The translations under genes and the position numbers were made by a program. A stretch of DNA of 44,487 nucleotides from positions 10,594,851 through 10,639,337 of the forward strand of contig NW_003526941.1 in NCBI RefSeq assembly GCF_000181795.1, given 5' to 3'. Numbering within the stretch: the stretch's first letter is position 1; each line of letters starts with the position of its first letter. Below the pieces are notes generated by a model. It was not told where the DNA came from. It searched no databases and saw nothing but the letters and a program-made list of their open reading frames with translations. Below, in pieces: positions 1 through 13,200 of this stretch. Source of the stretch: Trichinella spiralis (taxonomy: Eukaryota).

Positions 1-27
1 ATTTTAACCGTGCTTCCATTTTCACAG

Positions 28-2365
28 AATGCCGAGAAGATCAGTTCCAATGCAACGATGGTGCATGCAAGCCGTGGTCATTGTACTGTAATAGTATACA
101 TGATTGTCTCGATTTTTCGGACGAGACAAACTGCAGTAAGATGAGCAAATATATAATAAAAATGGAATTAAAAAATATCAAAAGTATGAACATATTTCAG
201 CTTGCAATGAAAAATACCAAGAAACTTGTCACGATGGTTGGTGTTATGACAAAAATCATCGTTGCGATGGTAAAGCTCAATGTGCTGATCTATCCGACGA
301 ATACAACTGCAGTATGTAAATTAATATTTTCAAATAAACTAAGCACATACGTATACATATTGTAATTTAGCTTGTGCTGAATATTTAAGAAAATCTAATC
401 CTGAAAAGCTATGCGATTATGTTCAAGACTGTGCAGATCGAACAGATGAGCTGAATTGCAGTACGCATTACTCCATACCACACACAAACAGACAGACAAA
501 TATATATATGTATCAATTATTTCAGAATTTTGTTTAAATTTTTAGGTTACATCCCAAAAAACTTGAAAAATAAATACGACACATTCCTCTGCTATGGTGG
601 AGCAGCGCTTGACCGATCAAAAATATGCGACGGCAATATTGATTGTCCAATGGGAGATGATGAATACCATTGCTGTAAATTTCAATTTATTTTTTATTAA
701 AAAGAAATTTTTTAAACTTTTTTTATCCACTTTCAGATTTTCTAATGCCAAAAGAAGGTTATGATCTCAACAAACCCTGGGTGTTTCAAGATGCTGGAGT
801 AATTTTTGTACAAAGCAAAGGATCGTGGGGAATCGTATGTGCACCTTCAAATGAAAATAACAATTCATTAAATGCTTTGGCTGAGCACGTCTGCAAGAGA
901 AACTTATTCCAGTATTTTTTCTTTTGTGCATTAAGAAAAGCAAAAATAGCCAACAAGAATAATATCCATAAAAATGAATTTCAGTTCTGTTGATTACATT
1001 TCCAGAGTGCCATTGGACGATACGCAACAAATACCAACTTATCAACTGAATTCATTCAATCCAAAAGAGTAATAATAATAATAATAATAAGATGATGATG
1101 ATGAAATTTCTCATTTTTCTTTTTGTTCATTTTTCCACTTATTATTTCAGTTTCGTTCAAACTGACTGTCCCAGCAAACAAACAGTTGCGGTGATGTGCA
1201 AATCTGAAAGTAGTACCATTCGCTTGTTTATTCGTTCTTAATTAATCAATGTTAATTTGCTTTGGTTAATTGAAGTATGCGGTCAAGATCCGTACAAACT
1301 CAGCAGTCCAAGTGTATCACTTTTGCAAAGCACCGCCATGCGGACTTTACCCTTCTTTGCCAGTATTTACACAGATGGCAAGCACCGCTGTTCTGGAATT
1401 ATTTACCAACGACGATGGATACTCACATCGGCCAGTTGTGTAGAAAAGTGCCTCATATTATTCGACTTGTATGAATAATTTCTTTCTTTTTAAAATTTTC
1501 AATTCACCTAGAAATGACTTGTTCACAATGCGGGTACGAGTTGGGCAACAACGAAATTCCAGTCTGAGTCCATTTGACCAATTTTTCTACGTTGCACAAG
1601 CAATCAAACATTCCATGTATAAACCGATCCCCAATGTCGAACATGATATCGCCTTGTTGCAATTGGACAAAAATATCCAATATACACCATTTGTACAGCC
1701 TATCTGCTTAAGCAACGGTAAAGTTGACGTTTCAAAATTAGACACTCATACAATCGGTATGGGTAGACTTCGACGAAAAGCCATCAAAGCCGAACATGCC
1801 GATCTAACAAGACTGTCTGTTAAAAATGCAGACATTTGCAAAAGCAATTTGATAGTCAAGTTAGAAAGAGTGAAAATTGCAGAAAATCAGTTCTGCACTC
1901 TGGAAAGAGACAAATCATATCTTTGTCAAGTATGCTAGCACAAATAAAGAAACACTGAAAAAAGCAAAGGAAATTTTCCTATTCCCACATAACCAACCAA
2001 ACATTTTTAGGGTGAAACAGGCTCGCCTATACTGACTCAATATTCCAATGGTACTTGGGCAGTGGTTGGGCTGACAACAGATGTGAATTATTGTTTCAAA
2101 AAAAAGTTTCCGACCATTTTCACAGACTTGTCACATTATTCAGAATGGATACAGTATACTACAGGTACATATTTTAATATTTGTAACAACACAAATGCTA
2201 CCGACGTACTATTTAGACTATGCAAGTAAACAGAAAGAAAGAAAAATTGTTCACTGTGAAGGTTCGTTCTCTTGCCTTCTGGGAAATTGCATTGAAAGTA
2301 CATCAGTTTGTGATGGAATAAGAGACTGCGCTTTTGGTGAAGATGAAATTTGCAGTTATCCATGA
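28..2365 (+). CDS. Nudel-like mosaic serine protease homolog, 3' part (4 LDLa, SRCR-like, inactive trypsin domain, C-terminal LDLa); 5' end outside window
   Basis: Approximate spliced exons 28-135, 201-311, 371-460, 546-674, 737-911, 985-1068, 1151-1209, 1277-1447, 1512-1929, 2011-2164, 2217-2365, all GT-AG and in phase. LDLa motifs (CREDQFQCNDGAC...DCLDFSDETNC; CDGKAQCADLSDEYNC; CDYVQDCADRTDELNC; CDGNIDCPMGDDEYHC), SRCR-like WGIVC...AEHVC...CPSKQTVAVMC, trypsin motifs RCSGIIYQRRWILTSASC, HDIALLQL, VQPICL, CQGETGSP, and a final LDLa CLLGNCIESTSVCDGIRDCAFGEDEIC before TGA. Confidence 0.85.
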
Positions 2366-4263
2366 ATGAAAGAAAGCAATTCAATTATTACACTAAGTAA
2401 ACAAACCCATTTTCAACAGGCCTCACCCGTGATAGCCTACCTTGCTGACGAATCAATTCGCGATTTCACAAAATGCGATGCATGCTCTTCATACAAACAC
2501 TTATAATTTAAAATTTGAAATATATAGTTATTGTTGTTGTTTTCTCATTTTTATGCATATCTGTTTATTAATTAAATATTTATTTTTTTAATCGACTGTA
2601 CTGTGAATGATATCGAAATGTACAATTTGAACAAGCAGAAAAAGCACACGATGACAAAACTGAACTGAAAACTGTTACCAGAAAACCGAAACCTAATTTG
2701 AAACCAACAAATTTGCAAATGTTCAACTGTGATATACACCCTACACTACCTGTCTGCCTATCTTGATGATAAACAATAGAAAAATTCAAAATATTACATA
2801 TGACCTCAAAAAAAATAATTCAAAACTATATTTACCTGCCTTTCAAATTATTTGCTACAGAATGTCTTCTTCTACATTCCGGTTTGAAATGAACACAAAA
2901 CGATGACGTCACAGAAACACGAAACTGATCGACGGACGTTACCAAAAACTAAAATGTATAAAAGTTGTACATATAAAAATTTTAAAAATAATAAAAGTAT
3001 ACATTCTGAATCGTTAAGACAAAACATATAATTTGATTTAAAAAACAATTATCTCATTCGTTCACTATTTGTTATAAAATATACTCAAAGTATAAATAAA
3101 TCTGAAAATGATAAATTCACATGAACGCATATTTCTAGGAATAAGCTGATATGTATTAAAATATGAAACTAGTAATAATTATTACACTGCTTTGCTAATT
3201 CTTGACAAATAAATACAATTTCACACATTGCACAATTGCGCAATGAATGAAAATTATGAAGAAAAAACTGAAAAGCATAAATTGATTGTAAATGAAAAAT
3301 TATCAGAAAAAAATGCATTCGTTATGTTTATTGATAAGCTGAAGAAGACTATTTTTTTTAGTTTTACAGCTTCATTATGTTAACAAACAAATGAAAAAAA
3401 CTTACCTCCAGCAATGTCACTTGCATCTATCCTTCAGGCAAATTTGAAAAGTATTAAGTAACACAGTAATTAAAAAATCAGGAAGACCTGAAAAAGTAGG
3501 TCACAATTCAAATTGTTGCATTGTAATTTCTATAAACTTTAATATCTTTTTAAAAATAAATTGTTACAAAAGTATTATTTGTATAATTTTTGACTGTGAA
3601 TTTTTTGAAAAGTTTTTATACAATTTCAAATTTGAAAAGATACAAAAAACAAATAACGCCCGTCCATTCGTATGCATAGAATATTAGTATTCATGAAAAA
3701 ATTGAACTTTTTATCAACTGAATTTATTCAAATCAATTCGAAGTGTACAAAATTTTCAAAGTGAACATGAAACGAAAAAAATTGCACACAATTCACACGA
3801 TGCAACAAAAGTATGGTGGATTTTCTATTCAAATTTTGACATGTCCAATTTCTGAAGTGATGACAATGCGTTTGTTTGTTTTTTTTTTCAAATTTTGAAC
3901 AGTCATCCACACTATAAAGCAAGAAAAAACTTTGACTAGACAAAAATACCCAAATATTGTTTGTGCAAAAAAAAGTTTGATTAAAAATTAGCAATTTATA
4001 TATAATGATGAAATGAAATTGGCGAGTGACCGGAGTCTGGTAAAAAAACAGTTTGCGAATGTACAACCGGATGAATCGAAATAATCAGTTTAAAAATCAA
4101 TTGAATAGGCAAATAATATATATATTTTTTTGATTTTGATTTTACATAAGCGTAATCCAACAAGCAGCTTACGAGAATTGCAACGAATTGTGCAAGCTTG
4201 TAACAGCTTCTTCTTCTTCTTCTTTGCTAATTACAATTGGGCAATTGAATTGATTGGTCAAAA

Positions 4264-7200
4264 CTAGTTGGTGGCCAATGGCACAAAGGCGTAATCGACA
4301 ATGCTGGATGAATCCACAGAGGTGATTTTTTTCGGCGTTGATTTTTTTCGCCTCATCTTACGCCAAGATGATTGTTGTACAAGTTCCAACGGTTGCTGTT
4401 GTACCTGTGCAGAATTTTCCACTTCCATAGAATCAATCTGTTGTTGTTGTTGTTGCTGCTGTTCATCAATTTTAATTGAACAATCATTTATTGCTTCATC
4501 AGTTGCTGCTGCTTTGTTGGGTTCTTCAACAAAATGCCCAGTTTGCCCAAAAGGTGTCGATGAATTTTCAACAATTGCCAAATTGCTTGGATATTGAAGA
4601 TTTAGAAATTCACAATTTTCAACTGTTTCTATTATAAATTGAATAAATTATTCATGAAACAAACAAACAAACAAACAAATGAATGAATGAACGAATCATT
4701 TACCCGCATTTGGCCGAGGAGCAATGGTACAGGGTGTTGTTGGATTTTCAGCCGCCTTCTTATTGTTGTTAGATGATGAAGCTGTTTCAGCTTGTTGCTG
4801 CTTCTTCGCCCTCAACAAGTTGCGCTCTTTGACCTTGTATTCCAACGTTGAATGCGGTACGCCATAAAAGCTGCCAGCTTTGTGGACGCTCATTTCACCC
4901 CGACGTACCGACTGGACGGCCAATGCCAGTGCATTTTTATCGTATTTTCGGTATTGGCCACGTTTGCGACGCAGCTTTTTCGCGTTAGCTTCGTCCAGTT
5001 GATTTGCATCGGATGAACTTCGACTTCCGGCACCGTCACTTGAAGCTTCGGCTGTCATCTGAGGACGCGAGTCCACAATAGACGAACGATCAGCAACGTT
5101 ACCAGCAGCACGACTGTCAGTATTGGTGCACAACTCCTGCACTGCCTATACAGAACACAACAACGTTGACAATCGGAAATCGTAAATATTATTAAAATTT
5201 ATACCTTCATCACGGCATGTCTGGTGGCATTGCGAACCGCATCTAGACCAATTAAACCGAGCAGCATGGATCGACTGGGCATTGTCATCAGTGTCGGATT
5301 CAGAAAACGACCATTCGTGGCCGCTGCAGCAGGCATCGCTGCAGTCTGATTTTGCAATTCCAAGGCACTGGTCAGTTGTTTGGTGCAAATTTGAAGCGCC
5401 AAATCTTGGACACTTTGATTCGGCGAGACGACAGTTCTCGTCAAAGACGACTTGCAGTTGGTTGTTTTGCTGGTTTTACCGCTACTGTTGCCGGCCAACG
5501 GTCGCCCACGACCAGAGCTCACTTCACCGCACAGTGACGTCGCAGATGTAGACTGCTTGGTGTTATTATTGGCTGCAGAGCGACGTTCTGCTCGTAATCC
5601 AACTCCTGTTCCAGATCCAACCCCAGCTCCAGCCACATTGCAAGCTGCTTCCAATTTGTGTATTTTATTACGCAATGTAGAACGTGGAACGCCGTAAATC
5701 ACCGAAGCACGCCTTGTACCGAGCTTTCCGCTTCGAATATCCAACACCGCTGCTTCCAAATCTGCCTTACTGTAACTGCGTTTATTTCCATTCATACTCA
5801 TCGAATTCGAAGAATAACCACTAAAATTTGAACTATTTTCAAAATTCAATTTCCAAACAAAATCATACTTACAGTTCTTTCGAATTGATTAATTAATTAA
5901 TTAATTAATCTGAAGCAAAATTTCAAATCAACAACTGCTGAATGGGTGAATTTAATATAATGGGAGAAAATATTGTTTCATTAATCTCAACTTACTATTC
6001 TCACACATCCTGTTCTACTTCCCACTAAGCCATCTTGAACGTCTGCTAAACCCCAATTCACAGATCTTATGCATATTTTCATATAATTTATACAAAAGCA
6101 CCTTTCATAATGTATATTTTAGCGGCATAAATCAAGCACGCCATTCACTTTCTTTGCACGCTGAAATCGATCACATTGCAAATTAAAGCTTCACGAATCA
6201 AAACAACAACTTCCTTGTTTCTTTTTCCTTTACACCACCACAATTATTATTAAATAATAATTCACCATACGTAAAACTTTGAATGATTGAAATTAAAAAT
6301 CAACCGTGTAGTTTTCATTTCCCCCAAAACAATCGTACAAGTTGTGCAACAGGGATGAAATTTTCATTAAACAGATTATTATCACAACTTCAATAATATG
6401 AAACATAAATTTACTTCCTTACGTTGTTGTGAACGGCAGAATTGTGTTTATTCTAACGCAATTGTTGTCAGCTAGTTGGCAAAAGTTTTAGGAAATAATT
6501 TTTCGCAAATACAACTGAAGCATTTTTTTAATGAAATTTTCAATTGTAATAAAAAAATAGAAAAAAGAAAAAAAGAAACAGTGAACAAAGTGAATTTCAC
6601 CATTCAATGCATACAATGGTGAGAGAAAAAGACCAAGCAAACATCATCATCAGCTGCACATTATCATTTGCATATAATGGTTTATTTATTACGCACCGTT
6701 CAATGGACGAAATAACATCTCTGACAAAAGTGTTGAATAGAGAGAGCGGTAATAAAAATTTTCCACTTTACAATGAAATTCAACCGAACTTCCGCCAATT
6801 CAAACGACAATAAAAAAGAACAAAAGCTATTCAGCATTTTTTGTTCGAAGCTAAACTTTTTACCAAAAAAAATCAGAATAAATCATTTTACGTTTATCAT
6901 AAAAGAAATAAAAAACAAAATCAGTTTGCCATTTTCACACGGAATCGTTCAAAGTAAAAATAAAAAATAGATACCAAAAAAAAATTCAACATTAAACAAA
7001 AATAACCAAGCGGTATCTTCAAAAACAGGTTCGTTTCAGAAAAGTTTAACCTTAACCAACTGCTGTAAACAACAATTATTGTTCATCTCTATTTCCTGTA
7101 TATACACATGTAGATAGATTGATAGACAGAGAAAGAAAACATATTATGCATTCACAGTTTCGCAAATTCAAAAAATCAATTAAACTAAATTTAATTTTGC

Positions 7201-10200
7201 TCCAATATTAAAAAAATAAGGCTTTTTCAATTTTGACCAAATCAAAATTGATCTTATTCTTCATTTTTTTTATTATTCAATACCAAAATCTCCAACTCAT
7301 ATTTGATGAGTTTCTAATCGAACAACAACAACCGTCTACACTGTGTGATGATTATCAAATTTCGCATAAAATTGCAAATTGATATGCAAATATTCCTCTT
7401 CTTGACATTATTTTCTTCGACTCTAGTTAGTAAAATTTAAATTATCTCACAAACAACTAACTGCTTGAAAAGGTGAACACTGTTGGTGCTTTTCTCATTT
7501 GAAACATACTGCACAACAAGAATTAGTGGAGATGATGATTGCCTGTAGACTTGGTTTTCGTGACAGTTTTATGAAATATGGAATTTTTTAATTGGAAATT
7601 GTTCAATCAATTTCAATCATCTTTTCAAAACTGAACTTTCACTTGAATGATGCTTGGAAGAAGAAAAAAAAAACTAACATCCGAAGAGAAACGAAAATTT
7701 CTCATAAATTTTCATCAGTAGATAAAATTGAAAGAAAACAACAACATTTTTTAAACAAGTTGTAAATCTTCTTCGACAAAGAGAAATAAATGAATAAAAT
7801 TAAAATTACAACTAAATTCAAAAAATGAAAATGCACAAATTTCAGACCACGAAAAATATATAAATTGCGACGGCAAACAATTAGCTGAATATGCGAATGA
7901 TCTAGAAGACATAGTTTTGACTGACGCCTGGCAACCGCTGGCAATGAATACAAATTTAAGTCAATTAAAAGTTGACCACCAACTAATTCATCAACATCAA
8001 CAGCAGAGTTGTAGCACAGAAATTATGGAATATTATTAAACAAAACAAACCGGCAACTTTGCACAATACAAAAATTGCTAGAAATGATAATAAATTATTA
8101 CCGATTATTTTTTGTTCGAGAATAAAATTTCAGCATATTCCCTCTCCCCCCCCCCCCAACCTATCTCTTCACAACCTATACATGTACTTTTCATTTCTTC
8201 AGATGTATCAAATGATTCAGAAATTTAATCAAGAGGAAGTCAGCAAATTTATCATTCATCAATCAAAATTGATTTCATGAAAACAAAATTTCAAATATTT
8301 GTTAATGGAATTATTTTTTTTTTGATTTGTTTTTTAAATTTCAAATATCAAAGGCAAAACTGCTATCGTGTACAATAACACCGAACTGTGGTAAGTAAAT
8401 TTTAAAATGTAGAATTGTATTCAAGATGTAGAAAAAACCAAAATGACACCGACTGATAAAATGATTTAAAAAAAGAATAGATTTTTCTCTTAATAAAAGT
8501 AAAATGAAAGAAAGTAAGGTTTTATCTTTTTATATGAATGGTTTCTTTATCGAATCACATGTTATGGGAGGTAATAATTGTCATTTACAAAAATACACAC
8601 ACACACATATTTTTTAAAGTGTAATAAATTCGTATGAGGAGACCTATTGTATTATTATGATAAAATGTTTAAAATGTCAAGATGGATGGATGGATGGTTA
8701 TTACTGAGGAACAATTTCAATAGTGAAGAAGAAGTTCGACTCAATTCGCGTGATTAAGCCGGCTTTGCCGTTAGTTACACACCTGGCAAAAATGTGCACG
8801 CGCGCTTCATTAGCAAGCCCTAATTGGAAGCGGAGGTGAAGTAAAGCTGAAGAATGGACGCAGGAAGAAAAGAGTTGAAGCTAAAGCCCGGCTTTAATCC
8901 GGCCCGGTTGATCGATACGCGGCGCGCCGGTCGACCGGCGTCTCCGCGGCGCCGAACCATTTGATTAATTCGATAGACGAAATTGAGACGCGACGAAGAT
9001 GCACTGTTGAATATGTTGATCCTGTTCGATTGATCCTTCCTCCTCCTGATTCACGTTGCCCCTCTGCATTGTTAGCTCGCTTGTATTTTGCTCTGATTCA
9101 AAGATTCCCCCTCCCCCTACCCCAACACTTCACTGACTCCGTTGCCAAACCCATTTCCACGACATCTCGCTTACCTCGACGTTGCGGATGAACGTCCAGC
9201 CGGAACCGTCGACACGCGCTCTTTACCAACGCTGGCATTGTTACGTCTCGGATGGACTGTCAAATCCAACGGTTCATCACCGTTTCCATGCAACGGTTCC
9301 GCTTTGGAATAGTCGAACAACGACGCACCACTGTCCACACTTTGACCAGCGACGGCACCGTTCAACAAATTGTCCGCAAAGCAGTACGGCGGCAGACCAG
9401 TGGCACAGTTGCTGTATATCGGAAGCAAGGGATAAAAAGAATATGCAAACGATCGTTGCCATTGGGCAAGCAAATAGTTGGCATGATTTGGACTACCTGA
9501 ATTATCATTGAATGAATGAATTGGTTCTTTTTGAATCAAGTAGAATGAAAACAAGAAATTTTACCGAAGAAAGGAAATTCAACACCAGTAGTATTCAATT
9601 CTACATCTCGATTTGGTTCTGTCAACCCGAATGATATCATGGGCTGGTGATCTTCGGTTGGCAAACTTAGCAAAGATGAAGACGAATAACGTCGTTGATT
9701 ATTATTACTATTTGTTGGCAATTCATTAGCAACAACTGTTGCATTCGGTGATACTGTCAAATCCTAAACATGAAAATAAATAATAAATAAGAACAGTGTA
9801 AAAATTAAAATTAATAAAATATATAACCTGCTCCGAGTGATGCTGTTGTAGTTGTTCCTTGTGTTCTTGTTGTTGCATAGTGTTATTATTAGAGGGACTG
9901 TTGCTGTTGTTGTTGTTGTTGTTGTTGTAGCTGCTACTTTGACAAACGTAACAATCTTCGTTAGGATTCCAATCAGTTGGCACGCGTTCTGAAATGAATG
10001 CCAGTCGATGACCAGGAGAGAGAGATTGGGCTGATTTGCGCGCAGATTGAACCGCAATAAACGAAACAACCCGGTGTTACTTAGTTACTAAGACATTCGA
10101 GAAAGCGCATTGTCAATTGGTCACCTTCGCAACAGCTACTGCCTCTCACACACACACACACAACACGGCCAACGCAATTCCCCCTCTCTATTATATACAT

Positions 10201-13200
10201 ATATATATTTGTATATATATACATACATACATATACAATAGAAACTTTTTACCTTTCTTCCTGTTCATATAGATAAACATTTACTAACAAACTTTTCCAC
10301 ACAAAACAAATCAAACAATTTCCATACAAAGAAGGTTACCAAAATTAAAAATTACCACACAAAGCAACTTGATGATAATAATAACAGTTCATTAAATTCA
10401 GACGAAGAAGACGAGCACAAAAGCAGTCACACATCATTTGTAATTAAATCACACAAACTGATTGGTCAACATTCATCACTATTAACTCTGCCTAACACGC
10501 ATGCACACTGCATACACACATTCACATAGATGTGCAATTTATTAAACTATTTACCACGGCGATAAAAAAAATTTTCATATATTACACGCATGAACTTCAC
10601 AATAAAGAGAAAATAGATGAATCATCCGACTTACCCGATTCACCAGCAGTGACAAAGCAACGTCTCGGATCCGTAATTGCGCTAATACTCTGCCAAGATG
10701 CTCGGTCAAACAATCGCTCACAGACCTGCTCCACACCTTCAAAAAAAAATCAACCAAACATCAACATACTAGCAACAACCCAACTGAACAATGCAACAGT
10801 TGAAAAAGCAAAAATCAACTGCATGCATCATTCATCCATCGTACACGGTAGTAGTAAGTTCGCTTGGAGCAGGTAGCTAGTAAAAATTTTGTTTTTTTTT
10901 CTTTGTAAACTGTATTTCAAATAAAATTCAAATGAATAAAACTTTCACAAAACAGATAATAATATTATGTTTGCATATACAGGAGTAATTTTATTTCTTT
11001 ACAATGGGTGGGTCGGTTATTTTTGAAAAAGGTAAAACAGGAGATTGTTGCAAAATCAATGTTCCACCGCTTAATTGTCGACAACGAAAATCACACTGCA
11101 CCTACATAAATTACAAGGCAATCCTGACAGGGTAGACAATAAAAATCAAAACCGACATCATATCTTTCCCCCACAGTTGAAAAACTTACTGCATTTACGT
11201 TCAATTAGCTAATTGAAGTTTGGAAAAAATATTTCACGTTGTAAGCATGAAGCAAAATTATCTCGGAAATATATTTTAAAAAACGTGTATAAAAATATTT
11301 TTTGCGATAAATAAAGAAAAGATGTGACAAATACGTTGAACAACCACCATCAACGAGGAGAAATTCGAATTGGTCTGTGCATATTTGCAATTGTTCAAAT
11401 TGCACTTGGATAAGCGCGAATTATTAAAGCATGAAAAAGTAGTGGAATGGAAGAAAGTTTTATCACACAAGTTGTTTTCTATTGAGTGAAAATAGTTCCA
11501 TATTTTTTTTGGTTAACCAACAAATTGAATGGAACCCTGCACAACTGAGTGCACAGAGCAAGAAATGAAAAATTGTCTTTCTCAATCGACAATAAATCAG
11601 GTAGAGAATATTTTCGGAAAACAATAAAACATTCGCATTTCACCCGTCGAGACTGTCTGATGACGCGTGCAGTTTTATTATCCGCTTAACTTGTTCAATC
11701 ATTTCATGCAAATATATTTGGCGAAGAAAAATATCCCCTCCCCCTTATACATAGGTGATCATTTATATTTCCGTAAATTTTGTAAAAAAGAAATCTATTC
11801 ATAGTCATACTTTTATAACCTTCAGGAAAAAGAACGTCAGACTAAATATTAATAAAGGTAAATTTATTATAATTGAACAATCGATGAAGGGAAAAAATAG
11901 GAAAATGCAAAAATTTTCGAAAAAACATCCCCCGAATCTTACTGTACAACATTTGAATCGCCGCATCGATTAAATGAAAATTACAATTTCACAATTCGCA
12001 GTTGAAACTTTACCAATTGATGATAAAAAGGGACAGAGAAGGAAAAAACACAAATCAACATGTCGAGAAACGTTGAAAAGAAATTTTGATTAAAATGTTA
12101 TGCTTTTCAGTGGGGGGAAATTTATAAATTGTACCTTCAAATGTGAACATATAATAAAAGCATATGTGAATCGTCGATCAAACTCGACAGACACGGTATT
12201 TCATTGAATGTTCTGATTCGGAACCCTGGAGACTTACCGTTCAAAAGATGAACGACAGTCCACGACAGGCTTTTGTAGACAATGATTCACTTGAATAATC
12301 ATTTTCACAACGGTTAATTAAAATTTATTGTAAAACAAATGAAATGAAAAACAAAATTATCAAATCAATATTCAAACTGATCCAAATATCTCATTTCGCC
12401 AATGAACACTACACGATAAAATTGATAACTGAACAGGAAATGTAACAACAAGCAACGTATCAATTTTAATTTTCACATTTTCACTATTCAATTATTCCAT
12501 CGAACAATACTGTTCCCCCATCGCAGCAGGGTTGAAATCAGCTACTGATGAAAAATTGGACATCATCCCAACAACAGAAAACAAAAAACTACTACCAACA
12601 TTCCATGTGTAGGTGCAAATTTCAAAATTCAAATTATCAGCCAACAAAATGATAATCATAAAAATGCAATCAATCGTATTCAACAAAAAAATACAGCAAC
12701 AACAAAAAAAAACCAAATAAAAATATTGCATGAAATGCGAATTTATTTTTGCTTTCTTAGAGTAGAAAAAAGTACAAACAAAAAAACACTTTGAAAAATG
12801 CTATCTGAACTGTTGTTGTTGTTGCTGTTCCCAGCTTGTATGTGAATTTGAATTTGTAAAAGTTTCAATATTTACAAAAAGAAATAAACAAATAATAAAC
12901 AATGGTAGTACTATTCATGCTTTTTGAAATGATCACAAAATGATACTTATGAAAAAAAAAATTTCACATGCAATAGAGGAGAAAAAGATAAAGTAAAATG
13001 ATGCAATGCATATATATATTTATATATGTGTGTGTGTGTGCATATTTTTTTTGCCATCCCACCCCCTTTTATACATGCAGTCATTTTAGTAAACAGTCAG
13101 TTGTCAATCAATGGAAAAAAGAAAAACTGCAGTGGAGAAAGCCTTTTGGCGTTCGAGCTAGCTGTATATATTTAAAAATTATTTTTAGATCAAATGAAAA

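Noticed and set aside
4301..4597. Plus-strand ORF with a poly-Cys run (metallothionein-like look)
   Set aside because: It is the antisense of the poly-Gln (CAA/CAG) tract in the last exon of the E93-like gene.
8733..8741. Pol III B-box suggesting a tRNA or SINE
   Set aside because: No A-box at proper spacing and no cloverleaf.
12230..12305. Candidate alternative first exon MIIQVNHCLQKPVVDCRSSFER with a strong GTAAGT donor (minus strand)
   Set aside because: It ends in phase 2 while the next exon (10736) needs phase 1, so splicing gives an early stop. At most a UTR or uORF exon.
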